Source of the DNA: Camelus dromedarius
Lineage: Eukaryota
Length of the DNA: 64,000 nucleotides
Direction: 5' to 3'
Assembly (NCBI RefSeq): GCF_036321535.1
Contig: NC_087437.1
Location: 76,696,001-76,760,000, forward strand
In this document: in pieces, positions 13,375-26,273 of the stretch
Numbering within the stretch: position 1 is the first letter of the stretch
Layout of the letters: each line of letters starts with the position of its first letter
Notes under the pieces: model-generated
What the model was told of the DNA's origin: nothing
The model's database searches: none
What the model saw: the letters and a program-made list of their open reading frames with translations, nothing else
Program-made: the position numbers and the translations under genes

Positions 13375-14525
13375 TATTTATAAAATTTAATTTTATGTTA
13401 TAAAACTGATACCTGTAGAGTTAAATCATTCTGCGTGTCTTATTATTAAGTGAATCTTTTGTCGTTCCTTCCTACTCCTTGTTCCTACTCCCTAGGAACA
13501 ATGTTTTTTTTAAAGTTTTTATTGTTCCTTTCTATATTTTCCTGAATGTTTCTAAATATATCCTTTATCCTTCCTTTTAAAAATATTTTTTTATATTTAC
13601 ATATAATGTATTTACTTTCAACTCTGGAAGATGAGACTTGTGCTTTGTTATACATACCCTGCACCCCAGTGCACTTTCCGTCCTCCCGATACACTTGAAG
13701 AGTAATTTTGCTCTGATCAGTATTCCACGTTTTTGCATTATTAGGGACGCATACATATTATTTACAGCTGAGCCATTTTGTTTTCATGAGGTTAAATAAT
13801 CTCAATTTTTATTTGCTTAATTTTCTGAGTACTCATCACAAGTTCATTCAGGAACACTTTGCTAGAAATCTCAACCTCTTTTCAGTATGTTTAAACATCT
13901 CAGTATACCTCTTATCTCATTTCTTTTTCCTTAGAGGTATCCCTTTGGAGCTTTCTGACCCCTTGCTGCGGTATGTAGTGGTTGTCCCCGAGGCCTACTG
14001 CATTCCTGTTCTCCTGGGATCTACCTTTACCATCATTTGGATTCCCTTTTCCTTTCTGCTGAGTTGAATCTCTTGCTTCCTTGATCCTACATCTTCTGTC
14101 TTGGTTTATTTTTCTTTATTCAGTGAAGTGGTTTTGCAGTTGTTTTCCAGGTTATGGAGCAACATGGCTAAACGTTTCCATATCTTATATCTCCAGAATA
14201 CCTTAATTCTGTCATCACATTTGATTGATATTGTGGCTAAGTATAGAATATTAAGTTGAAAATAATTTTCCTTCAAATAGTTTTCTAGGTTCCTAGATTA
14301 TTTTAAAAGCTAGATGTCATTTTTATTTCCTTTCTTTTGTACGTGACCTGTTTCTCTCTGGATTTATCATTGTCTTCTCTTCAATGCCAGTTTCCTGAGA
14401 TACTGTGTCTTGATGTGAGCTCTTTTCATGTATGGTGTGAGACTTCTCAATGGGTACTTTTAACCTAGACTCTCATGTTCTTTAATTCTAGAGAATTGAT
14501 TGGAAGCATGAATAGACATTTTCTT
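13375..14525 (-). mobile_element. Old L1 (L1M/HAL1-like) fragment
   Basis: Antisense ORF1-like CACATTTGATTGATATTGTGGCTAAGTATAGAAT...GTGACCTGTTTCTCTCTGG. Confidence 0.55.
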
Positions 14526-14622
14526 GAAACTCCTGTCTCTATGTAGAATATCCCTATTCACTTTTCAAATTGAAATGTAAAAATTACATTCATGGAGGTA
14601 ATGTGACAACCCTTCCCACCTC

Positions 14623-14683
14623 AAAAACAAAACAAAGCAAAACAAAACAAAACAAAACAAAACAAAACACCAGCAACAACAAC
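14623..14683. repeat. (CAAAA)n pentanucleotide repeat
   Basis: Directly visible. Confidence 0.95.
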
Positions 14684-15739
14684 CTGGAGCTTTCTCCCTT
14701 GTGCACATATCTATGCTCCATTTTATTGTAATGATCTTTATTGTTTATTTTCCTGCTCAGACAACGAACAACTTGAAGGTAGAGACTGTATTTTAAAAAG
14801 AAATAATTTAAAGAACTATATCCCTAACTCTTACATATTTGCCTTATTGAAATAAATTCAGTATTTTTGAGAAAAGGGAAATGCCGTTTGTAAGACAGTA
14901 AGTACTACAGAAAGAGAAGCACAGACTGCTTGCTCTATTTCTCAGTGGAGGAAGCAGCACTGATACTGTGGGCAGCTGTGTGGGTTCTCTGTGAACACCT
15001 GCTGGGGTCCTGCTGCTGGGTTAAAAGGGCAGAGGTTTACTGGTTTCTATTTGCATTAACTTGAGTGCAGCAGAGATGGAAATCTGATTTCCTGAGGAGA
15101 ATGTCTTTCTGGTGACACTAGCAGGAAGCCAGCTCTTTCCATCAAAATGGCTAGGTTCCTCAAGGACATAAAAAGCTCCTTACATTGTGAATATAAGAAA
15201 AGCAAAGTGAAACTTGGAGAATAAAGATAGGCCATCTAGAGGAATCAGCATAAAAACCAGTGAGTATGCTAATGCCTTGTTTCAGGAGGAAGTAAAGAGA
15301 GTTTATTAATAGTGTCAGATTTAAAGAGCTTAATACATACCTGTTATTCTCCCAAGCAATGCATATATATTACCTCTAAAGAAATCTTCCATTTTAAAAA
15401 TTATATCACTTATTTACAAAACAAATGATACCTACATATAAAGTGTTGACAAAACAAGTATCCAGGCTGGGATTCACAGTACTTAAGTCAGCATGTTTGT
15501 TTTCCTTAATGGTATGAAAGAAAAAAAAAAAAAAAGGGGGGGGGGAGATGGGAAAATATAGTGGCATCAATATATTAAATAATGCATTTATGTTTCATTA
15601 AGCAACCCACAATAAAGTCAACAAGTGATTAAAAACAAAAGGTTTATAAATAAATTAATTGAATCGATTCTCTTTTAAAACCTGCATTTACTTTCAGAAC
15701 AGTGTGTAACAATGGCCACAGACAAATACCTTTAGAATA

Positions 15740-15915
15740 TCACAATTTATAAAACACTTTCATGTATCATCTCACTGAACCCTTACTGGTTAAATAACAT
15801 CTTAGTGATTATAGATTGTATTATTATCCCCCTTTCACTGATTATAAGCTAAACTCAGAGACATTAAGTGTTTTTCCATGTTCACACAACCAATTAGTGG
15901 TAACATTGAATCCAG
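15740..15915 (-). mobile_element. MIR SINE
   Basis: ATTATTATCCCCTTTCACTGAT...CTCAGAGACATTAAGTG. Confidence 0.7.
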
Positions 15916-16500
15916 TTACTTTTCCAAGTCTTTTCTACTAAACCATAGCCAAGGTATAATTTGTGGTGTTTTATTTAATTCTGACATGCTGGCTCTGGTG
16001 GAATAGTAAAACAATTTATATTGCAGAGAGTTGTAACACACATAGTTTCCCTCCTCTGACTCCTCTTCCCTCCCCTTCTCCTCTCCTCCCTCTTCTCTCC
16101 CTCTTCTTATTCTTCTATTTTTTCTGTTTTCACCTTTCCTTTTCTGAAACATGAGCACCTTTGAGTAAACCTGACATTGGATCTCTCCATTGTAGTTCCT
16201 TTCCCGCAAAGATCTTGCATGCTAGGAAGCTTGGGTCTGGGAAAAGCACTCTAGGAGCTAGAGATATAGATTATACCATTGAAATTACTGGCAGAGTATT
16301 TCTGGGCTGTGTGCATCAGTGTGTAGATTAGTTCCTATTGTGGGTTATAAGGAGAAGAAGCAAGACTTGCTAAACTGCAAAGGAAGAAAAAGAGATAAAG
16401 AGGGAGGAAATAAAAATACTGTGCTTTAACGGGGTTTATATGTGTTAGGAAGATGGATCCGTTCAAATTTCTGAACACTTCGGAGCATTTATAAATTACG

Positions 16501-16557
16501 TTTTTTTCTCTTTTTGTTCCTTCTCTGTCTCTCTCTTTCTCTCTTTCTCTCTTTCTC

Positions 16558-16609
<52 letters not shown>

Positions 16610-16611
16610 TC
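16501..16611. repeat. (CT)n/(CTTT)n polypyrimidine microsatellite
   Basis: Directly visible; source of the spurious ERKK-repeat ORF. Confidence 0.95.
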
Positions 16612-17172
16612 AAAATAAGAACATAGTTTTAATGTGGTGGTTTTTTTATTTAGTGAATTAAAAAATAAATAGGGATACTGATTAAACTATATCAAGAAAT
16701 AGATCTAAAGCAAAGAGAAACCTTCCCTTTGATTTTCTTCTTGATTTTCTGGTCTCTACTGCTCCTTCCTTGATTGGTTTACTTTCCTCGTGATAAGTGA
16801 TTTGTTTTTTATAAAATTAAATTGATACTGTCAATTCTGGAGATGGATACAAGTGACCAGATGTTTATAAAATCAGAATCAAACTGATTATTAAAAAAAT
16901 AGAATATGTCTTACAGATTTGCTTTGGGGAGCGGGTATGGAGGTGGATGGGCTAGGTGTACCTCATCACATGTGAGAGGGGACCACATGCTGACTTTTTT
17001 TGATGGCAATGTCATCATTAAATAAAATTAATATTTTTATTTTGGGCTTTCACATAAACACTTCAATGTAACAAATTAAATTACTGCTTTAATTTTCTCC
17101 AAATAGAATACGGCACATTAATATATGTCAGCTGACACACTATACACTGCAAATCATCTGAATAATGTATGG

Positions 17173-17187
17173 TGTGTATATGTGTAT

Positions 17188-17231
<44 letters not shown>

Positions 17232-17233
17232 GT
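17173..17233. repeat. (TG)n microsatellite
   Basis: Directly visible. Confidence 0.95.
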
Positions 17234-17575
17234 CTGCATGTTCCCACAGCCTGCCTCCTTGTTTTTTAATACATGCTGTGGTTGGTTTATTATTCTTCTC
17301 TGCAGGGAATAATGAGTGAGCAAATAGTAGAAAAGACATCAAACAGCTGTTTGGATTAAACTTTCTTAGCCTAATTGGCAGAATATGACTAGTCTCACAA
17401 CATGCAGACGTGTTGGTGAGCAAAGAAGAGTCTGGAGGAATGTGTGGATATTTTGCATTTCTGGCTTGTAAATACAGTGGGTCACATGTTGCAGTTGGTG
17501 GCCACTGCTGTGTTCTACATACAGCAACTTCCAGATGTGATTGTAGAAGTGATGCAAGAAAACAGATGTGGGACG

Positions 17576-18167
17576 TGAGACGTGCTATGTCCCAGGCTTC
17601 GGTTGAGCTCCTGGGATGTGCCCTGCCAAGTGTGGGTCCTTGGCTTCGCGCAGGAAAGAATTCAAGAGCGAGCCACAGTTGAGTAAAGGTAGGTTTATTC
17701 AGAGAGATACACTGAGAGGCAAGAGAAAGGCCATGAAGTGTGGGGTTTGGGTGCTCAGATTAAAAGTAAGTACACACTCCACAGACAGAGTGCCGGCCGT
17801 CTCCGAACAGAGAGAGAGGCAGCAGTGAGGCACTGTGTTGCCAGTTTTTATGGGATTGGTGGCTTCATATGCTAATAAGTGGAAGGACCAGTCTCAGTAG
17901 CCTGGGGAAGGGGCTGGGATTCCCAGGAAGTTGGCCTTTTTCCACTCTTTGACCTTTTGTGGCTGGCCTTGGGACTGCCATGTGAGCATGTTATTCACCA
18001 TGTTAATATATTACAATGGGCGTATAATGAAGCTCAAGATCTGCTAGAAGTCAAATCTCCCACCATCTTGAGCCTCAAGGCCTACTGGAGGTCTAATCTT
18101 TCACCATTTTGATGTTAATTGCTGTAGCATTCCTTGAGTGGCTGTGCCCTGCCCTCTTGCTGTCTCA
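17576..18167 (-). mobile_element. Relatively young ERV solo LTR (592 bp)
   Basis: Terminal inverted repeat TGAGAC...GTCTCA; flanks GGACG/GGAGG; AATAAA on minus strand near 17695; CpGs retained. Confidence 0.9.
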
Positions 18168-18671
18168 GGAGGGTGTGCTTATTAGAGGCCAGTTATAGGA
18201 AAGAGGAGATCTTAATTAACCCCTCTTGCTGTTGCTCCCGGGTTCTGGGTTGAAGTGCTGATAAATCAGACGACACACCTAAGATTCTCAGAGGAGGCAA
18301 GCCCCACGGAATAGTCACAGGCTTTGAGAGTCTCCTATTGAGGCTGTATTGTTTCCCTAGAATTACCTCTGTTTTCACATATGGAAAGACAAAGGCACCC
18401 CAAAATTACTTGCCCAAGGTCCAAATTCAACCCACACCTTATAACACCAAGCAAAATTTTCTCATTGAATTATCTTATACATAACTGTGAAAAAGGCAAG
18501 ACTGTGTTCTCTCTGAGAGTGAGGTTTTATTGTGATACTTTAATACTCATCACCAGAGTGAAAAAGAGTGGTTTGCTGATTTTCTGATGTGTTTGCAACC
18601 TTCTGAAAATTTTCAGTTTCCAAGGGCTCCTGAAATATTGCAGGATCTATAAATTCTGAAATATTTTAAGG

Positions 18672-19040
18672 AGGAGTATAGAATGGAGGTTAAGAACACA
18701 GACTTTGGAGTCAGATTGCCTGAGTTTATGACCCTAGAAGAGCTGCTGAATTTCTTTCTCTTGCTCTGTTCTCATTTGTAAAGTGGGGAGAATAATTCAT
18801 CCCTCATAGTTGAAAAGCATTGCTTTGTAGACACCTCATAGCTGAAAGGCAGTATGAGTAGTATTTAGATGTAAGAGCTTTGAGACCTTCTACTGAGATT
18901 CAACCTGGGCTCCCCAGCTTGTTAGTCTGTGACCCCAAGCATGTTACTCAACCTTTCAGTGCCTCAGTTTTCTCATGTGTGAAATGAGAATAAAAGTAGT
19001 ATCTATTTCATAAGCGTTGAGCATAACAAGTGAGGACTGA
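18672..19040 (+). mobile_element. Two tandem MIR fragments
   Basis: GGTTAAGAACACAGACTTTGGAGTCAGA and GTGCCTCAGTTTTCTCATGTGTGAAATGAG cores; a MIR tail resumes at ~20455-20520. Confidence 0.8.
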
Positions 19041-19047
19041 GTCCAAA

Positions 19048-20450
19048 CTTTTTCCCCAGTTTTACTGATATAATTGACATATAACATTGTATTAGCTTAA
19101 GGTATATAATATAATGATTTGACGTATGTATATATTGCAGAATAACTACTACAACAAGATTAATTAACATCCATCACCTCACATGGTTAACAGTTTTTTT
19201 TCCTTGTGAAAAGAACTTTTAAGATCTACTCTCTTGGCAACATCCAAATATACAGCACAGTATTGTTAACTGTAGTCACCGTGCTATATACCTTATGCCC
19301 CTGAACTTATTTATCTTATAGCTGGAAATTTGTACCTTTTGACCACCTTCATCTAATTCCCCAGCACCCCCCTCCTCTGGCAACCACAAATCTGATCTGT
19401 TGTTGTTTTCTTTTTTTTTAGATTCCATATATAAGTGAAATCATACAGCATTTGTCTTTCTCTGTCTAACTTACTTCACTTAGCATAATGCCCTCAAGAT
19501 CCATCCATGCTGTTGCAAATGTCAGGGTTTTCTCTTCTTACATGGCTGCATAGTATTCCATTGTATACAGGCTTGCCTTATTCTATTGGACTTCACAGAT
19601 ACTGAGCTGTGTTTTTCACAAATTGAAGATTTGTGAAACCCTGTGTCAAGCTAGTTTATTGGTGCTATTTTTTTCCAACAGCATTTGCTCACTTTGTGTC
19701 TCTGTATCTCATTTTGTTAATTCTCAAGATATTTCAGACTTTTCCATTATTACTATATAGGTGTAGCTCATTTTATCACACTTCACTTTATTGTGCTTAC
19801 AGATACTGCATTTTTTACAAAGAGAAGTTTTGTGGTGACACTGCATTGTCAGACAATGGTTAGCATTTTTTAGCAATAAAATATTTTTAGTTAAGGCATG
19901 TACATTTTTAACATAATTCTATTGCACACTTAATAGATTACAGTGTAGTGTAAACATAACTTTTACATGCACTGAGAAACCAAAAAATTCACATGACTCA
20001 TTTTATTGCAATATTTACTCTATTGTTGCAGTCTGGAACCAAACCTGCAATATCTCTAAGGTATGCCTATGTGTACACCATTATTTCTTTATCCATTCAT
20101 CTGCCACTGAACACTTAATTTGTTTCCATATTTTGGAAATAATTCTGTAATGGACATTTGCACTGTAAAAAGTTGTAGATAATGCCGTAATGAACGTAGG
20201 TATGCAGATGTTTCTTTGGGACAATGATTTTGTTTCCTTCAGATAAATACCCAAAAGTGGAAGTGCTGAATCATACAGTAGTTCTATTTTTAAGTTTTTG
20301 AGGAGCCTCCACACTGTTTTCCAATGTGGTTGTACCAATTTTACAGTGCCCAGGGGTTCCCTTTTCTCCACATCCTCACCAGCTTTTGTTATCTCTTTTA
20401 TTTTTAATGATAGCCATTAAACAAGTGTGAGGTGATATCTCATTGTGGTT
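19048..20450 (-). mobile_element. L1MA-like 3' end (ORF2 C-terminus and 3' UTR), interrupted by Tigger
   Basis: ORF 20081-20371 (KLVQPHWKTVWRLLKNLKIELLYDSALPLLGIY) is the L1 ORF2p C-terminus; 3' UTR motifs at 19050-19565. Confidence 0.95.
19568..20069 (+). mobile_element. Tigger1-derived non-autonomous element with duplicated left end
   Basis: TA then CAGGC... start; end TGCAATATCTCTAAGGTATGCCT; second left-end copy from ~19758. Confidence 0.9.
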
Positions 20451-20524
20451 GAACCAAAACTCTTATTATTGCCTTGGCGCATCGATGCTCAGTGATTATT
20501 AGCTGTTACTGTTACTGTTTATTC

Positions 20525-20660
20525 CTAGAATGACCATATAATTTATCATCCACATTGGGACACCTTTGGGTGTTGAAAGGGAGCACTATGAATAATTATG
20601 CAGGAACAATAGACATTAGCAGGGAAAGTCCCACAGCAAATAGAAATGTCAGGGGACCCT
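20525..20660 (+). mobile_element. hAT-Blackjack MITE (MER94-like)
   Basis: TAGAATGACCATATAATTTATCATCC...GGGACAC...GAAAGGGAGCACTATGAATAATTATGC. Confidence 0.7.
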
Positions 20661-22119
20661 TTTTACTGAGCCAGAGGCCTGGTGTCACCTTGATGTTCTT
20701 AGACTATTTCTAAGTAGCAAGTGTATCCTTTTTGCCTTTCTCCAGGTCTTTGACTCACTCAGAAGGAAGCTGCTCTCTGAGATGGATTCTGGGATTCTTT
20801 TAGCTTCCTTACTCTCCAGCAGTTTGGTGTCTGTTGCCATTTATGGCCTTCTCTTACACATGGCTTCAATAATTGACCATGAGCTCTACCTTTTTTTTAT
20901 AATAAACAAAACCAATGAACTTAGAACAAAAACTCACAGCCAAATCCTAAACCAGTTTATTCTTGCACATTTTTCTTTCCCCTTTAAAAATAACTTTCAA
21001 GGAAAATAGAAGAAAGGGCAAAATAATACAGCTTGCATTTGTGGTGTTCCCCTCCATCTAACATGCCCAGGGCAGTATGCCCGGCTCCCTCAGATAGATC
21101 ACCAGTGGAGGAGTGGAAGAACATACAGAGAAGACAGCATGTACGCCCAGGCTGCACGTGGAGCTCTCTCCTGTTAGACTATCTCACCATTTTAAGGGTG
21201 AAAGAGTCACTGGGGGGTGTGGGTCTTATGCAGGGAAAAACTTGTAGCATTAATTTGGTGGTATATCTGGAAGTTTGTTTTACCCTCCCATGGATTTTGA
21301 CAGTGTTAAAAGTTATATCAAATTAACTTTAATCAAAATAACCAATTAAAAATACTCATGTATTTAACTCAGAAAAAAGAGAAAAACATGGCAGCACAAG
21401 TAATAGACAGCTCTTTTGTAAGCTGATAGTAGAAATGAATTTTTATTTTAGTTTATGCACATTTTGAATAAATTGGGAAGTTATGCTCAATAGGGGAATG
21501 GTACCTGTGTAGAGGTGTTTCCAGATTTCACCGTAACAGGGTGGTGATCTTAGAGGGCTGAGTGAAGCACTGAGGATTCTAAAGTGGGTCCAGCACCCAG
21601 CTATTCCTCATTTTGGGGTCTTTGTCACATGAAGGTCTTTGCACTGTATGTCCTGTACCCCATGAGCCCTCATTTTGCTTTTCTTTTCCTTCTAGTTGAG
21701 GAGATTAAAGTTCATATTTACGGCTTTTGTTCAAGATTTACCTCCTCTGTGAAAGCTTCTTAATTCTCAAAGGATGGATTAGACATGTCCTAGTTGATCT
21801 TGATGCCTAATGCTGGCTTACATGCTTAGCTTCTGTAGGAGTCTCTGACATTTTTGGAAAAGGGGCTGTCATCAGTGTCCAGTGAACTACGAGGTCTTAG
21901 TATAGACCCCTCAGAACTTTCTCCAGATTAAAGAGAACTCCCTTGTGACCTTCAGGATTAAATTTGATAATTTGGAGCTAGAATCCATACATATTTTCTT
22001 AAATCAGCCCAGATCATAATGTGATGGGTTAGAGATGCCTGCAGCCTGGCTCACATGATTAGATTAGCAAGTATATTGGGTTACACAGAAATTCTTGGTT
22101 AACTGTTTGACACATGCTT

Positions 22120-22310
22120 TGGTCCTCCTATATGTTTTTGAGAATATTGACTGAGGACCATCTGCATTATAATTGTCTGGGTAGGTTTTTGCAATTGTAA
22201 ATCTTTCTACTTTATCCCAGAACAGAGGAATCTGAATAACCAGAGGAATTCTGCATTTTACCAAGACCCTCAGGAAATTCTTATGCTGAATAACATTTGA
22301 GATCCAACAC
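22120..22310. mobile_element. MER5-like hAT MITE
   Basis: GGACCATCTGCATT...CTGCATTTTACCAAGACCCTCAGG...TTTGAGATCC. Confidence 0.65.
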
Positions 22311-22859
22311 ATTATAGATGGTAACTTTTTCATGCTTAAAAAAATACACTGAATGACATCACTATTAATAATGACAATAACAATAAAAATGGCTAAGTTT
22401 TAATGAGTACTTATTAGGTACTTAGTAGTAAGAAATATTACTATATTGTAATTTCACAGGTATAATATTATAAAGAGTATGAATTAATAGACATGTCTGA
22501 AAGACACTGCACAGCTGTGAAGTGAAGTACAATTATCCCTTTATGTCCATGAGATCATAGAATGATTTAGTAGCAGAATTGAAAATTGAATGCAGGAAAC
22601 TCATTTTTCTTCCACTAATGCTTAATAGAGTGATTTCTGTGAGTAAAAAGAATGTGTGATATTTAATACCCAGCCCCAACATTATCTCATTTTTGACTAC
22701 TTTTCCCTTTTTCTATGGGTCCTTCTCACACAAACGGCCAACTACTCATGGCTTCTTATCCCTCTATATTTCCCATGGAGAAGAAATGCAGTTTCATGGT
22801 TTTAAGAAATTATAATTCTTGTCATTAACACACTCTCATCACTGGCTCTTGCATGGCCC

Positions 22860-22862
22860 AAT

Positions 22863-22893
<31 letters not shown>

Positions 22894-22935
22894 TTCATTC
22901 ATTCATTCATTCATTCATTCATTCATTTATTTATT
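22860..22935. repeat. (ATTT)n(ATTC)n tetranucleotide repeat
   Basis: Directly visible. Confidence 0.95.
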
Positions 22936-23079
22936 TTTTTATTAATGAAACTGTCAATGGTCATGAACATGCCAGTTCATGATGGTGAAACTCTCAAACA
23001 ACTGAAGAGCTAGAACACTGACAATAACTGTCATTTACTTATGTGCTCATCCCTTTATTGTATTTCCATATCTTAATTT

Positions 23080-24470
23080 TGTCTTTTCCTTAATTTTTCC
23101 AACAGCTTTACTCTAAATGTATATGCCTAAATAATAAATTAATTTTAATTATTGAAAAATTCAACAAAATTCTAACAGGTTTATGAAACTTCTTGCTTAG
23201 TTAATTATAATGTACTGTATTTTATCCCTATTATTGTGGGTTGCTATAGTTTAATTATTTTCACTGCAGGATTACATTGCATTATTTGAGTATACCAAAA
23301 TTTTAATTCCGTTCTCCTTGCAATAGGCATTTTTAATGTTTATAGTTTTGCTCTGTTACATACACTGTTTCCATGAATATACATGTATTTATCTCCTGGT
23401 GCATATGTGCACCAGAGTTTCTCATACATACTTAGGTGCAGAAGTGTTGGGTCATAGGGTATACATATTTTCAAATTTACCTAATAATACCACACCATTT
23501 TCTGCTAGCAATACATGAGACCTTGTTTGTTTTATTTATTTATATTAGTAATGTCTAACTTTAATCAGGATCTCTAATCTCTCCCAAAGTGATACAAGAA
23601 AATTGAAAAACTGTAACTCCAATCATTCTTCTCCATATTACATATTATTATTGGGTTTTTTGGTAATTTTCTCAGATATCTCCTCTATGTTACTAATTCA
23701 TAGTGGCAGTATAGAATACTAACGTATAGACTCCTAGGTTCAAATTCTGGGTCTGCTACTTGCCAGCTGTGATTTCCTAGGCAAGTTGCTTAGTGTATTT
23801 TGGCCTGGTTTTTACATCTGTTACTAAGGGTTTTATACTAACTATCCCATAGATTTGTTATGGGAATTAAACTAATTAACATATAAAACACTTTAAAGAA
23901 TTTCTAGTACGTAGAAATACATTAGCTATCATTTTTTCATATTTTATTTGCTCCTAATTTTTGTCCCCAGATTAGTAATTATTCTTAGCTTTTGAACAAT
24001 TAATGCTTGATTAGATTTATTCATGCTTGCTAATTTCTTTGCCTACCACTGCTTCTTTAATCCTACTCCTTCCTTTATTAACATAGATTTTTAACCTTCT
24101 TCTGAATTATGTTTTCTAATCATTTCTTTAATAAGTATGTGTGAGTGGTAATTTTGTAAAAGCTGAAAATGTTTTTTCTTTTTCTTTACTTCTGAATTGT
24201 AGTTTAGGTAAGCATAGAATTTTAGTTTGAATATTTTAACTCAGTAGTTGGAAGATTCATTGTCTTCTTCCTCTATTACTGCTAATGAGCAGTATTCTAA
24301 GTCTGTTTTTGTTTTCTTGAAAATGACCTGTCTTTTTGGGGGGGGTGCTTTGAAGATTTTTTTGTTTGTTTAAGTGTCTGGTTATTTCAGTTATGTTTTA
24401 TATATATTCTTAAATACAGGACTCCTTGTTTTCCATTAATTATGGGTTATTTTCAGCCATTATGTTTTCT
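23080..24470 (-). mobile_element. Old L1 (L1ME-like) fragments
   Basis: Antisense L1 3' (GAAGTGTTGGGTCATAGGGTATAC) and ORF1-like (AAGCATAGAATTTTAG) text. Confidence 0.55.
23695..23935 (+). mobile_element. MIR SINE, near full length
   Basis: GGTTCAAATTCTGGGTCTGCTACTTGCCAGCTGTGA...GGCAAGTT...TTAGCTATCATT. Confidence 0.8.
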
Positions 24471-24972
24471 TTCCCTCACAAACTAGTTTATTGTATGATT
24501 CCTGTAACATAACAAAGCGTATAGTTGAATGGTGTTAGTAGTTGAGGAAACTGAAACCCAGAGGTTAAATGCTTTTTCTAATAGCAGAATAAAATTTAAA
24601 AATTAAGTATTTACCATGAATATCTTACTAGTCATAATAACAATTATCACAGAAATGAACTCAATTTCTGAGCAAAAAAAAGCCCATGATTTATCTTTAT
24701 GTTATAAGATGACAAGCCAGATACAAAAGGTATTTGAAAAATAAGATTATCCTGAAAAAGTAGATCTATCAAGTGTCATAAGCTATTTTACTACTTCTGG
24801 CACCAGCATGCTGGACTTAGTTTGGGGTAAGATTGGTTCCAGTAGCAGATTGTGGAGAGGTCTTGGGAGGTCTGTCTAGCAGCTTTCTCCCAAGTTTTAT
24901 GTCTGAAGGCTCTGGCTAGTTTTGTTGGTGTTTGTTAATGATTCTACTTTAGGCATTTAAATGATCATCCTC

Positions 24973-25400
24973 TGCAGGAGGCTGATGACACTTCCCCAAA
25001 AGATATATCCACATCCTAATCCCTAGAACTTGCCAGTATTACCTAATATGGCAAAAGATATGGTTAAGGTAAGATTTTGATGGGAGGAGCTTAGCCTGGA
25101 TGATCCAGTTGAGTCTTAAATGCAATCACATGTATTTGTATAACTGGGAGGCAGAGGCAGAGATGAGACAGAAGAGGACAAGGCAAGGTGACTACAAAGT
25201 GATGTGGCCACAAGCCAAGGAATGCCTGGATTCACCAGAAGCTGAAAGAAGCAAGCAATGTATTCTCCCTTGGAGTCTTCAAAAGGAGAATGGCCTTGGC
25301 AGACACCTTGATTTCAGATTTCTGAGCTTCAGAACTGTGAGAGTACATTTCTGTCATTTGAAGCTACCAAGCATCATGAAAGCCCTAGGAAACTAATGCA
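24973..25400 (+). mobile_element. MaLR solo LTR (MLT1C-like)
   Basis: TG...CA ends; GATGTGGCCACAAGCCAAGGAATGCC; TSD TCCTC/TCCCC. Confidence 0.9.
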
Positions 25401-25448
25401 TCCCCTCTCGGAGGCATTCTATGTTAAATACTTTGGGGCTGAGGGTTT

Positions 25449-25803
25449 TGCTATAGACTGAATGTTTGTGGTTCTCTCCCCCCACATTCATATGTTGAAA
25501 TCCTGACCTCCCATTGTGAAGATGGAACATTTGAGGGTGATTAGGTTATAAGCATAGGTCCCTCCTGCATGGATTAGTATTTTACAAAAGGGAATCCAGA
25601 GAGCTCCCTTGTCTCTTCTGCCATGTGAGGCTACACAGAGGAGACAGCCATCTGTGAACCAGAAAGTGGGCCTCACTAGAAACCTGATCTGCTGGTGCCT
25701 TCACCTAGGACTTCCCAGCCTCCAGAACCATGAGAAGTAAATGTTTTCTTAAGCCATCCAGTCTGTGGCATTTTTGTTGTAGTAGCCTGAATGGAATAAG
25801 ATA
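25449..25803 (+). mobile_element. MaLR solo LTR (MLT1A0-like)
   Basis: TGCTATAGACTGAATGTTTG, CATATGTTGAAATCCT, GACTTCCCAGCCTCCAGAACCATGAGA. Confidence 0.9.
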
Positions 25804-26273
25804 AGTTCCTGTTTCTTCTATAGTTTTCCAGTGTTTCACCATTACTCCTGGTATTTTTGCTGCAGGCTGGCACTGCTGAGCTTAGAGAATGGAATAGAAT
25901 ATCAAATGGGGAGAATCCACAACCAGGCAGCTGGGAAGCAGGTCCTATATGGGGAAACTGGGCATCTCACAGAGGCATCTCTAACCCACATTCACACAAA
26001 GACAGAGAGGTCTATTCCATTGAATAGCTATAAGTTATGTTTAAAAGATGAGCTGATTTTGCAACCAGAGAGGGTAGGTGTCAGAGGTAAGAGGTATGAA
26101 ACACAGGTCAGCACAGACACATTTTGTTCTGTAGTTTACACAAAGACTTGTCCAGTTTTAATTGACTCAGTCTTCTGTTTGGTGACTCATATATCTGAAC
26201 CTTCCTTCAAGGCACTTCTCAGACTCTCACAGTTATATCAGAGGAGAAAGAAAATGTCAGCTTCTTTAACTAG

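Larger units (their letters stand above)
13150..14875 (+). mobile_element. LINE-2 remnant (13150-13370 and 14530-14875) interrupted by L1
   Basis: L2-like blocks on either side of an antisense L1; 3' block ACTTGAAGGTAGAGACTG. Confidence 0.5.

Noticed and set aside
16335..17423. Low-complexity ORFs (ERKK, HT and CV repeats)
   Set aside because: They are translations of microsatellites.
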